In this document: positions 12,541-24,500 of the stretch, in pieces | Layout of the letters: every line of letters begins with the position of its first letter | Numbering within the stretch: the first letter of the stretch is position 1 | NCBI RefSeq assembly: GCF_018977255.1 | Contig: NW_024704761.1 | Span: 1,860,001-1,924,000, forward strand | Direction of reading: 5' to 3' | DNA from: Callorhinchus milii | Taxonomy: Eukaryota | DNA length: 64,000 nucleotides | Translations under genes and position numbers: made by a program | Notes under the pieces: model-generated | What the model saw: the letters and a program-made list of their open reading frames with translations, nothing else | What the model was told of the DNA's origin: nothing | The model's database searches: none

Positions 12541-15394
12541 ATTATAGAATTGGTCATTTACTTCATGGCTGTTTATCGGGCATTGCTGTCATGTTCTGTG
12601 TAATTCTCAGTATTCTCAAAAAAAAGATGGGCACAGAAAGACTGCTGTTCATCTCAGCCGCAAGTTATGTCTTTCCCACCTCCCCCCCATTGCTCAACAA
12701 ATGGAGACCTGTGAACACACAACGTCACACAGCAACTCTGTCATCTGTTATTCCATCAGTTTAAAACCCAGGGGTTCCTGGGGAAGCTTTATCAATGAGA
12801 TTCCCACACATTTGATGTGAAGCCATTACCTGTTTCTGTGTCTCGATCGCTGAGGCTCATTTACAGAACACGAGCAGGCAGACAGACCGCCCCTGACACC
12901 CCCCACAGCCCGTGTTCTGGAGACAGTGATGCATATGGAGATGGTAATGAATTGTAGACTACCTGAGGCGGGCAGGTGATCAATCATTCATGCTTTGAGT
13001 GATTCTGATCATCTCACAATCTCGTCCTTGGCTTGCGACTGGCTCAGAGCTCTGAGCAGCCAGCCTGAGCCTAACAGAGGCCGGGTGTTCCTCCTTCCAA
13101 ACTGTCTGCTTGCAAAATAATAGGCCGCTCAAACAAGCCACCGACTGCCATTTGCCCATCTTTCCATCTCTCTGCCTCCACCTCTGTCTCCCTCTCTCCA
13201 CCTCTCTGTCTCCCTTTCTCCATCTCTCTGTCTCCCTCTCTCTATCAAGTTCCTTATCTTCTCTCTCGCGCTCTCTCTTTCTCTGTCTCTCAGTGTCTCC
13301 TCCTTCCACCAATAATGGTTGTCTCAGTCACCACACTGATCAGTGAGCTTGATCACAATGATTGTCAAGCAAAGCGACTTTTTATCCAGGTGAAGGCAGC
13401 AGCCAATGTTACACAGCCACGAGGTGAAAGACCAACCAGTCTGTGGGATTGTCGGCCAGGAGAATTGAACTCCGAGAGCGAGAAACTCCCATCAATTTCC
13501 CAGGTGCAAACCTTCGACCATCCAGTGCCTTGTGACATCCTCCCAACACGACAGACACTGAACGCCGCTATGTAAATACAATTTTGTTGTTGTTGCAATG
13601 ACACCCAGTGAATGAAATCTCAGGGGTGGACAACCTTGTCCAACAAACTCAATTGTTCTGGATTGAGGCCATCGATCAAGAAATATTCATTCGAGAAAAA
13701 ACTGAAAACACAAAGCCGATTGAACTCAGACTTACCTCGGACCTTGCGATTGATCGGGGGGTGGGGGGCAGCTTCTTAATGTCCTGTGGGCTGGTTAACA
13801 TCTCATCCAAACGACATCGCTGGTGTCAGTCCAGGCCATCAATCTACAACAGCATCAACAACTTGCATTTACACAGTGCCCTTCACCTGAGGTATTGTCT
13901 CAGAGCGCTCCCTCATTCCCTCCCTCACCTCTCTGACCAGCTCTGAATGTCAGTGGAATTGGCAGCAGATTGCAGCAGAGGAAGGAGTGCGAGATAAGAG
14001 CCCAGAGAATCGACTGGCGCAGACACTGCTCAGGGGTCAGCAATTTGCTCTCTCACCAAACTGCACCTTCATCAAGAAGCCTCAATCCATTTGCAATCAA
14101 GCGATCAAAATAGCAACAAAACAAAACAGGGACTGGGCAGGTAATTGATTCCCTGATCTGTTGTGTTCTGTGTTTAATTGAGAAGTTCTTGACTGGAGGC
14201 CGGTGATTGGATTGAGGCTGGCGTGCGCACACCCAGACACTCTGAAGACAGAATATTCTCTGCGCTTTGTCCATTCGGTGTGAGTTCCACGACAGGAGCA
14301 AAGACAACCAACACAAGCTCAGCCTCCAACTGAGGCCACCTCACAGAGCTTTGAGAGATGCTGAACGGAGTTGAGAGAATAAGCCCCAAAAAGGTCATCC
14401 TCGCGGTTTGATGCAGCGCCTTTCACGTCGGGAGGACGTCTCAAAGCCCTTCACAGGATTTACCGCAAGGTGTAGTGACTGTGTATTTTGTGGACAAACT
14501 TGACTTTGATCGAGTGCCTCACTCGATACAGGTACTTTTCAGATTCTCGTGCCATACCGTTCGAGACAATAGCAGCCGCTCATTCGAGAGAGAGAGCGAG
14601 AGAGGAACACGTGGGCAGATGTCTTAAGGAAGAGAGGAGCAGCAACTTGGGCTCGGCTGCAGGGTAACAGGGACGTTGTGGGTCCTGCGCGTTGGTGTCT
14701 CAGCCTCACCTGGACCCTCTGTCAGCATCACCGTTGAGTTCCCTCTCTCTTGTGGACCCAGAGGAGATGCCCTGACGATATTGATCGGCTCAGTGTGTGG
14801 TTGCTGAGATGGGAGTTGGTGTGTGGTCCTCCTCTCTTTGGCTTCACTGTGGTCTGAAGTTTCTGTGTAGAGTGTCACTGCCATCCAGTGGCAGGTGTTA
14901 GAATCAACACCTCCCTCCCTCCCTCTCACCACTTGGTTTTGAGTGTGTCATGTCAACGGGGTCTTCTAGGTACACAAAAACTTCCTGTGGGGGGTGTGTG
15001 TGTGTGTCTGTCTGTCTATCTATCTGTCCTGAAATTGCCCATCTCTGTAACATTTGACGCACCTCTATAAGGTCCTCTCTGGATAGCTTCTCTCAAGACT
15101 GATGAGCCCCAGCTTGTCAAGTCGTTGCTCTTAACTTATTCCTCTAACGCAGGCGATCAGCCTCGTTGGTTATCATGTCGTCTGCAGCACTGACCTGTTC
15201 CTTGGTGACTCGGAGCACACATCAACACCATGACACAATAAAGCAGGGACTGGAGAGAAAGCTCATTTATTTAACATTGTGAATGGAACATTCAATAAAG
15301 CATTAAAGAGCATCAACAGCAGAGCAAACAGAAGCCAAGCTTGTGTTAACCAGGCACATAGCTGTCAATACTAACCCCAATAACTCCAAACTAA

Positions 15395-15740
15395 TCCCAG
15401 CTGAGTGGTTAAAAGCACTCGCCTCGCAAGCAAGAGACTTTGGTTCGATTCCCGGCTGGCGAAACCTTGGGGGGGGGGACGCTGCTGTGTGCAATTGGCT
15501 GCTGCGTTTCGCCCAAAAATATACAGTCAATTCACTTTACAGTCTATTCTGTGAAGCGCTTTGAGACGTCGAGAAGACGTGGAAAGCGCTATATCAAATG
15601 CGAGGATTATTATTATCATTATTTTGTCCACAAAGTACACAGTCACTACATTTTACAGTATATTCTGTGAAGCGCTTTTTGGCGTCTCAAAGACGTGATA
15701 AGGCGCTATATCAAACATCAGGATTATTATTATTATCATT
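15395..15740 (+). mobile_element. tRNA-derived SINE with duplicated tail
   Basis: A/B-box head at about 15398-15455, followed by two tandem tail segments each ending in (TTA)n. Confidence 0.8.
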
Positions 15741-16880
15741 AATAACTCCATACTAACCCCTACTATCACTAGGCTATATTAACAAAGATACAAGACTTCT
15801 CAAATAAAATGGTACCGTAAAGGATCTCAATTATGCTTATTTTACTGTCATTAATTTTTACATTTTACCTCCTGGTACCAGACTCGTCACAAAGCATAGG
15901 GTCAGAGGAGTCTTGGATTAAGGGTGACCAAAAAGTCGTGATAACTAACCCTGTTATCTAGAAAAAAATCATAATTTCTTTAAGACTTATCGGACATTGT
16001 GACGAAAACGGACTGTTTGGTCGCCCTGTACATCAGCAATATCCACCGATGGACCCCCACGGCAATCTAACGCACGGGAGGAGGCCATTCGACCCACCAC
16101 GTTAGACTCACCCTGATCGGATTGACCTCTTGCTGCTGATCACGGCCAAAGTCTTTTTAAGGTTTCTTTTCACATCGGATTTCATTTGCAGAAGCGGTTT
16201 CTGAAACGATAAGTAAATCACCGGTTAGTTACAATCCCTGATATGCCACAGCGTCCAACCTCAATATTTGACCAATTTCTTTGGGGGGGAAAACCAAAGA
16301 ACCTGGGGATCTGAGCTTTGACAGAGCATTGTAACTGTCTGGTTTTAAGGTGTGTTGTGTGTGTGTGTGTGTGTGTTGTGTGTGTGTTGATCGAATGTCT
16401 AGCGAATCGCACATTAATTGACACCTTTCGAATGCGCTACAAACGCTCTATTTGATTCAAAGCCATAAACCCTGAGAAGTTTTCTGTAAAAAACCCAGAG
16501 AGAGAGTGCTTTTAAACCCTGTGAGATCAGGTCTCTCTCTCTCTCTCTGTGTCTCTGTTATATATTTCTATATTTCTTTCAGGGGATGTGATTGAACTTG
16601 ACATCTTAAGTTTTCCACTTTTTTGGACAAACTTTGATCAAACCTCTTTCCCCTCCCCCCCAAAAATAGTTTGGGAATTAGTAGAGTCTGGGAGGGAGGG
16701 AGATGGGGAGGAGAGAGGGAGAGGAGGAGGGAGGGAAGGGGGAGGAAAAGGTATGTTAATTAATGTAAATGTTGGGCTAGGCTTAGGACAGGAGCCCAGA
16801 GTGTTTCCCCAGTGAGGACCTGAGAGGCTGAGAGCGGAGGAAAGGGAGAGGCAGAGACAGAGGCACAGACAGAGGGAGAG

Positions 16881-19800
16881 ATGACCAGTCTAATGGCCAG
16901 TTCCCTGCGGAGGCTCCGGGCTGTGTGGCCGGAGACAGGGACAGAGACAGGGACCCCAGGAGTCGGGCAGCAGGTACAGGAGCTGCATGTGCTCCAGCAG
17001 AAGAGGTGAGTGATCGGCCGGCTCTGAGCACTGCACTGCGGATAATAATAATAATATAATAATAATAATCCTTGCATTCGATATAGCGCTTTTCACATCG
17101 GGAGGACGTCCCAAAGCGCTTCACAGAACACACTGTAAAGTGAATTGACTGTATATTTGTGGGCGAACGCGGCGGCCAATTGCGCACAGCAATGTCCCAC
17201 AAACAGTCGTGGATTGAAAATGACCAATTTACTATTGTTTTTGGTTTTGGAGGGATTATTATTAGGCTCTGTGTGGAGTAAGGAAACTTGCCCAAGGTTT
17301 CGCCCTCTGCCTGGAATTGAACTCAGGTCTCTCACTTGCAAAGCGAGTGCTCTAACCACTGAGCTGCAGGACTCCAAGGAACAGGGGCAGGGAAGTAACA
17401 GCAGCAATAGCCCAGGAGAGACACACACAACACAGGTCCTCGTCAGATCGCTTTTCCGGGAGTAATAATCCCATCAAAAAAAAGTATTTAAAAAAAGATG
17501 ATGATTTGGTCACTTCAACCCCACGACTGTTAGTTTGTGGGACGTCGCTGTGCGCAATTGAATTGGCTGTCGCGTTTCGCTGCCCCCCCCCCCCACACAC
17601 ACACACACACAAAAATGTACAGTCAATTCACTTTACAGCGTACCCTGTGAATATCGTGTGTATCCCTCTCTAAAACCCTCGCTCTTTCGCTGTGCCTTTG
17701 ATCGTCTTGAAATTCCTCTGCTCGTTGCTCCCTCTCTGTCGTCTCGGGGAAACTCTCGAGGCCACTGATTGTACGTGGACAACAACCACAACAAAAGGCG
17801 TTTATGCCACGAAACTCATACGGCAGGGGTATGGGGGGGGATAAGGACAGGCTGACGCTCACTTCATCTCTGTAGCTCGAAGGTTGGCTATGGACTTAGC
17901 TTTAGTTCGATCCCAGCGATGCTGGTGTCTTCTCGGTCTCACTCTTGCTGTTGTTGCCCGCAGGATCAGCGAGTCCCCTCTCTTATACGCTGCCAAAGAA
18001 AACATGGTTCAGGATATCAAGAAGCTGATCCGATGCCCCTCGATCGACAACTTCCAAACAGGTGAACACGTTTTTCCTAAAGAAAAAGGGTCACTGCGGT
18101 TTGTTAAATCCGTTCTGTGATAGTCACAGGAGAGTGCCACATACCCATCCCTCCTCCCTCCGCACCACCATCAGTGACTGTGCCTTCAGCCACTTCGCCC
18201 CAAACCTCTGGAACTCTCTGCCTCGATCCCTCCGCCTCGCACCCCTCTTTATTCATCCCTCTTCGACCGCGCCTGTAGTCACCCCCCACCTCTCCACCCT
18301 CCCCGTTCTCCCTAACCTCAGCACTGTACGGTGCTCCTAAAACCTGGCTGAGGATCTGTTCACAGAGCTTGGCACAGGAGAGGACATGGGCTGCAGAGTT
18401 CTGAATGGTTTGCAGCTCGCGGAGGGAAGAGTTGGGAAGTCCTGCAGGGAGCAGGGAGGTAGCGTAGGATTATTATTGTTATTATTATTAGTGGACGCTC
18501 CCCCCACCACCCAGGGCTTTGGCCTGTCCACCTGCGTGAGGTCTTTCTCTGACGTTGCTCTCTCCGCAGGCACCATGGGGGAGACAGCACTGCACATCGC
18601 CAGCACGTACGGTAATTACCAGGCTGTAGTGACTCTTCTCGAAGCAGTTCCTGAACTCATCAATCTACCGATCACTGGCGAGCTTTACCAAGGTACACCC
18701 TGGCCTTTACCCTCGTCCTCCTTGTCAGTGATCTGCCAACAGGCTCCGATCAAAGCAATCAATAGAGGGACACACTTACTTGCAGCACTACAGTCCTCAA
18801 CCCACATTTAGTCTTCAGTCTTCCTCTATTCCAGAGGGACAGAGAGACATTACTCAAGAACAAAAAGACCGAGATTTTCCCTTAATCAATGTGTTTGCCA
18901 GGAGGTGGATGTAGGATATATTAAAGATACAACAAAGGCGTCTCAGACTGATTCCACTTTACTTAATGCAATTCGGCTCACTCACTCACTCTGTAATAAA
19001 CAGTGGTTTCATTGCTGCTACTTACCCACTCGCCCACCCCCCCCACACACCCCCCATCACCCCCACCACCCCCACCGGGCTCTGTAATTGTATATATAAA
19101 TATCGCAAGAGCAGCAGTACTGAAACACTGAAAGAGGCAATGATAGAACAACAGCCAAGATAAATAAATATATATAAATACACTCACTAAACTTTACAGT
19201 GTATCCTGTGAAGCGCTTTGAGGCGTCTCGGATGACGTGATGAGGCGCCGAGTCAAATGCCAGGATTATTATTATTATTATTATTGTACAATTGGTGTCG
19301 TGATTATGGCATTGAGGAGGGAGAGAGCCTGAGGCTCTGGGGTTGGACGGAGAACAGAAGTTGCCGTTTGGTTCAACAGGAGAAACATCGCTGCACATCG
19401 CGGTGGCGAACGGCAACGTGGGTCTGGTGAGAGAGCTGATCAGACGAGGAGCTGACGTGGTGACACCGCGAGCCACCGGAACCTTCTTCAGGCTGGGTGG
19501 CACCGGGATCCTTTACTACGGTAACAAGACGAGAGTTTGGGAAAATCAACACAATGATGCCAGTGTGGGGGGGGGAGGTGGGGGGTGGGGGGGGGATGGC
19601 GGGGTGTCAGCGCTCAGCTTCCCAGTTGGGGTGGAGGACGAGGGGTGGCAGCTGGTGGAATGTTATCTAAGCTCAAACAGTGGCTGGTTTGGTAAAGTCA
19701 CTGTTGATGTATTTAATGACATGGCTTTCAGTATCGATGCCCCCCCCTCCCCCTCCCCACCCACCCATCGGAACTCTCTCCTCGGTCTCACACCCCATCT

Positions 19801-21515
19801 CTATCCGTCTCTAAATCCCACTTTACAAAATTCACGTCCGCTCGGCTTTACAGTAAAAACCGTGCGGAGCGCTTGGAGAGGGGGAGCACTTTGAGGGCAA
19901 TTATCTGTCGGTAGTCATCTGTAAATGCACCAAAGGACAAGTTTGAGAACTTCAGTGAACGGTGCAATCTGATCCCGAGATCAGCTTCTGTGCTGGTTAC
20001 ACTGTGTTCCGTATCTGACTGGTTACTGATCACTGATGTCAGTCTGTCTCGGTTGTTTGACAGTGGTGCCCTATGAAGACAATCCTCCAGATATCTACAC
20101 GCCTCATTAGTTTCTCCTCAATGTTCTTTTCCCAGCCTCCGAGCAGCGGTGATTGAAACCCCGCATCATTAATCCTTTGGCCTTTATACAGGCTGCCCTT
20201 ATCTGTAGATCATCTCCCATCTGTTCTGTCCTCTCCTCGCGTCCAAGGTCCTGTACAGACACCGAGTGATAGCCTGACTCTCGCTGCCGCAGTCCTTGAA
20301 GCATTTGAACTCTGAATCAGAACGTGTTTCAGCTCGATCTGTGTTTCTGCACTAACGAGGGGCTCCGAGACCTCGCTCAAGCTGTTGTTGTTGTTGTTGT
20401 TGCCCCCCCCCGCCCGTTAGTTATTTCTGTGGCTGTTATCCCGTCTCCTACGCACGTCAACCCGGCTCAGTCCAGTGGCACTCTCGCCATGTTGAGTCAC
20501 AAGTCTGTGGGTTCCAGCCCCCGCATCGGGACTTTGAGCTCACGGTCCAGACTGACTGGTGCTCCGACGTAACGCAAGGAGGTGTTTTCAGGCGGAGGGG
20601 CAGAGAGGGAGGGGGTGAGGCGGAGGGGGAGAAAGTCGCAGGATTAGGGGCACCATGACTGAAGGTTCGGTCGCCAATGGTGACGAGGGGGGAAGGCGAG
20701 GGGGGGGATGCGCAGCGGCCAGGGTTACCTGAGCGGAGGAGTGGACAGTGGCGGTGGATGGGGTGGGGTGAGGTGGGTGGGGTGGGGTGGGGTGAGGTGA
20801 GGTGGGGATGGGGTGAGGTGGGTGGGGTGGGTGGGGTGGGGTGGGGGGGTGGGGTGGGGTGAGAGGGGTGAGGTGGGGGGGTGGGGTGGGGTGAGGTGGG
20901 TGGNNNNNNNNNNNNNNNNNNNNNNNNNNNNNNNNNNNNNNNNNNNNNNNNNNNNNNNNNNNNNNNNNNNNNNNNNNNNNNNNNNNNNNNNNNNNNNNNN
21001 NNNNNNNNNNNNNNNNNNNNNNNNNNNNNNNNNNNNNNNNNNNNNNNNNNNNNNNNNNNNNNNNNNNNGTGGGTGAGGTGGGGTGAGGTGGGTGGGGTGA
21101 GGTGGGGGGGGTGAGGGTGGGGTGGGGTGAGGTGGGGTGAAGGATACAGAGAGTCACAGAGAGAGGCAAGAGAGAGGCTGTTTCTGTCTCTACTTACGCC
21201 TCGTGATGCCCGGTGGCTGTGTCTCAGGTGAGCACGTGCTGTCCTTCGCCGCGTGTGTTGGCAACGAGGAGATCGTCAGGATCCTGATCGAGAACGGAGC
21301 AGATATCAAAGCGCAGGATTCCCTGGGTAGGTAGCCCGCTCACGGCTGTTTGCCTCGCGGCTCGTGATTGGCAAAGGGTAAACCAGCGAGGGTTGTCTCC
21401 ACTAATGATCAATAATAATAATATATTAATAATTATTAGCAGCGTCCCCACAAACAGCGGGGGGGGAGTGTGTGGAACCGGTTTTACCCTGGGGGGTTGT
21501 TGGCCAGGACACCAG

Positions 21516-21550
<35 letters not shown>

Positions 21551-24500
21551 TCCCTTCTTTTCTCTAATAGCGCCGCGGGATCTTTAGCGCCAAGAATCCT
21601 CCGGATAAAATTGGTCGCTCGCTCGCTCGCTCCACGGCTGCTTGTGGGACACGGCCGGGCGCAAATTGGCCGCCGCGCTCGCCTGCAAAATGCACAGTCA
21701 CTACGCTCGACCGTAAAAGTCCTGTGAGGGGCTTCGAGACAGCTGAACGATGTGCTAAGGCTGTGGTGTACGAATGCAAGGAATGTTATTGTTCAACGAG
21801 GGTGAGTGTGGAATAGAGAGGAGGAGGAGGAGGAGGGACACGGGGACAAGGAGGGGAAGCGAGCGTGTGTGGGCGTCTTCTCACTACTGATCCTCCCTCT
21901 CTCTCAGGGAACACTGTTCTCCACGTGCTGGTGCTGCAGCAGACACAGTTGCCGGTGGCCTGTCAGATATACGATGTCCTCCTGTCCTCTGAGTGGCCAC
22001 AGAACGAGGTCCGTCCCGACACCATCCTGAACAGGGACGGGCTGAGCCCCCTCAAGCTGGCAGCCGCCGAGGGCAACTTGCAGGTCGGACAGTCCGTGGC
22101 TGGGCAATGGGTCAGGGGCGTGGACGGTTACCAATGACTGTCCCACGTGCCAATCGCTGCGTTTGATACGGCGCCTGATCACGTCTTCTGGGCATCTCAG
22201 AGCACTTCACAGGATACACGGCGTAGTGACTGTATTTTGTGGGCGAAACACCCACAGTGTACAGTCACTACACTTGAGAATTCCCAATGAAGCCCTTGGT
22301 AACGTTGTGAAATCACAGCCACTGAATCCATTGCAATTATTATTATTATTATTGTTGTGATTAATGTTCCCCTCAGTCCTGTTGTGTTCAGTGTTCCCAT
22401 TGCTTGCTGTGTGTCAGATGTTTGAGCACCTGGTGAAGAAGCAAACGTGTGGTATGGAGCCCTTTGTCAGGCATCGGACCTCCACATACTACAACCTCTC
22501 CGAGATTGACTCCTGGGACGGCGACTGCTCTGTGCTCGACCTGGTGATCTCCAGCCATAAAACCCAGGTAAAAGCCCACCGGAGAGTGGAGTGGGCTATT
22601 GTTACGCAGTCGAGCACGTGGAGTCCTGGAGCTCAGTGGTTTAGAGCCCTCGCCTGGCCAGCGAGAGGAGCCGGGTTCGATTCCCAGCCAAGGCCAAAGG
22701 TTGGGCAAGTTTCCTTACTACCCGCACACACACGCACACGCACACACACGCCTGTTTACCGCGCAGTAAGTAGGAAATCGTTTGTTCCTACTCCACATTC
22801 TCCCCCTCCGCATTCTCGCTTCAACAACATGGTAAAGCGCCCTGGGACCTTGCCCTGCGTGAGGAGCGCTATATAAATGCCGCTGTTGTTATTGATAAAT
22901 CTCTTATTATGATTATTATTATCGATCGATCTCCCTCGTGTCCCGGTTCAGGCTCTGAAGCTGCTCCAGGTGGCTCCCGTGCAGCAGCTGATCAGTTTGA
23001 AGTGGGACAAATTCGGCAAGTGTTACTTCCGGCTGTTGTCCTGCACCTACCTCGCTTACATCATCATCTTCACCTGCTGCTGTGTCTTCCGCCCCCTCCA
23101 GCTACGGCCCGACAACGCCACCAATGATAGAGACACCACCATTTACGTGGAGAAGCCACTGCGGGTCTGTACACACCGCCTCTCCTCTTCTCAATTCCCC
23201 TCCTCTTCCCTCCACTCACTCGGCCTCCAGGGGGAGGGGGGAGACACACTTGTGAATAACTCCATGTGCTACAATCCTCCGGCAGATACAGAGAATACAT
23301 AATAGAACACATAGAGTCGACAGAGGGCATTAGAATTGTCATTTGCCTTGTGTATCTAGGACTTGGGCTTCGCTCTGTAACTCATTAAAACGCAGTCCGA
23401 AATAAGGTCCGTTTGTCCCGGCCGTTAACCACCACACCCCCTCTCTCTGGCAGGAAAGCTACCAGACCCCTGGAGACTATGTGCGTCTGGTGGGTGAGCT
23501 CATCAGCCTGTTTGGGGCCATCGCCATCCTTGTGATAGAGGTAAGCAACAGTCAAAGGTCTGGAACTCCCTCCGGCTCTCTCCCCCTCTCATTTTGTCTT
23601 TAATTCTCACCTCAAATCCCACCCCTGTGCCGCGCCCCCCCCCCCCCACCCCACCCCCTGACCAGCATGACAACAGCCCAACAACAACAACAATTTGCAC
23701 AGCGCCCCTCACGTAGGGTAGCGTCTCAGAGAGCTTGCCAATGGCGGAGCACGAGCCGGGCAGAGGAGGTGACCGCAGGCACGGTCAGTCAAAGAGGAAA
23801 CCGTTCAGGCGTGACCTGAGGACGGGAAGGGAAGGGGCAAGAAGGAGGGAAAGGGGAAGAGTGTTCCAGAGCTCTGGGGCGTAGCGGCTGAAAGCTCAGC
23901 CGCCCACGGTGGGTAGACTCATCATTGCTTCGTCCTCCTAGACGCACGACATATTGCGATACGGACCGAAGAAATACTTTGGCAAGTCAGTGCTGGGGGG
24001 GCCTTTCCACGTCATCAAGTGAGTTTCTTTTCTTTGCACCAATTCTGTTCTGACGATAGCAGTAATAGCCAGTGTGGGAATGGTCAGGGAAGGGCTCTCT
24101 CACCTGCGCTGTTTACATGGAGCAGTGCTGTGAGCCCCGCCAGCCCGCGAGTGTGACCTCGCTGCTCTGTCAGCTCTCCTGCTCACACACCCCGCGGTGA
24201 ACAAATAGCGTGAGAATTCCGGCTGTCAAAACACAGTTTCCACCGGTGTTGTCCCACATGGTGGTGGAATCTCACGCCGGGACCCTGATCCCACATCCCA
24301 CACTCTGCAAGTCACAGCTTTCTGCGGCGACGCACAATTAACCAACAGTTTCTCTCATTCAGCGTCTTGTTCGCGTGTTGCTTTTTGTGTGTGCATTTGC
24401 CTTACGCCTATCAATCTCTTTCTGACCCACTCTCCCGCATTGTTTTTCTCTCTCCCCCACAACACTTGCTATATTTTCCCACCCATTCCTCCCCTCCCTC

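Noticed and set aside
13736-14932. Minus-strand exon-like segments (donors near 14710 and 13735) suggesting a gene divergent from TRPV-A
   Set aside because: The 13.7-kb segment has stops in all frames and is partly SINE-derived, and the 14.7-kb ORF has no recognisable homology. A lncRNA cannot be supported without transcripts.
774-16424. Many 60-190 aa ORFs in the track ([16 protein letters not shown]-rich)
   Set aside because: Translations of SINE tails, L2 fragments and microsatellites.
16751-16770. HNF1-like GTTAATTAATG upstream of TRPV-A
   Set aside because: Only a partial match; short AT-rich motifs arise by chance, so conservation data are needed.
16800-16880. Non-AUG N-terminal extension like human TRPV6
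   Set aside because: In-frame TGA at 16821-16823 and no ACG/CTG candidate in frame after it.
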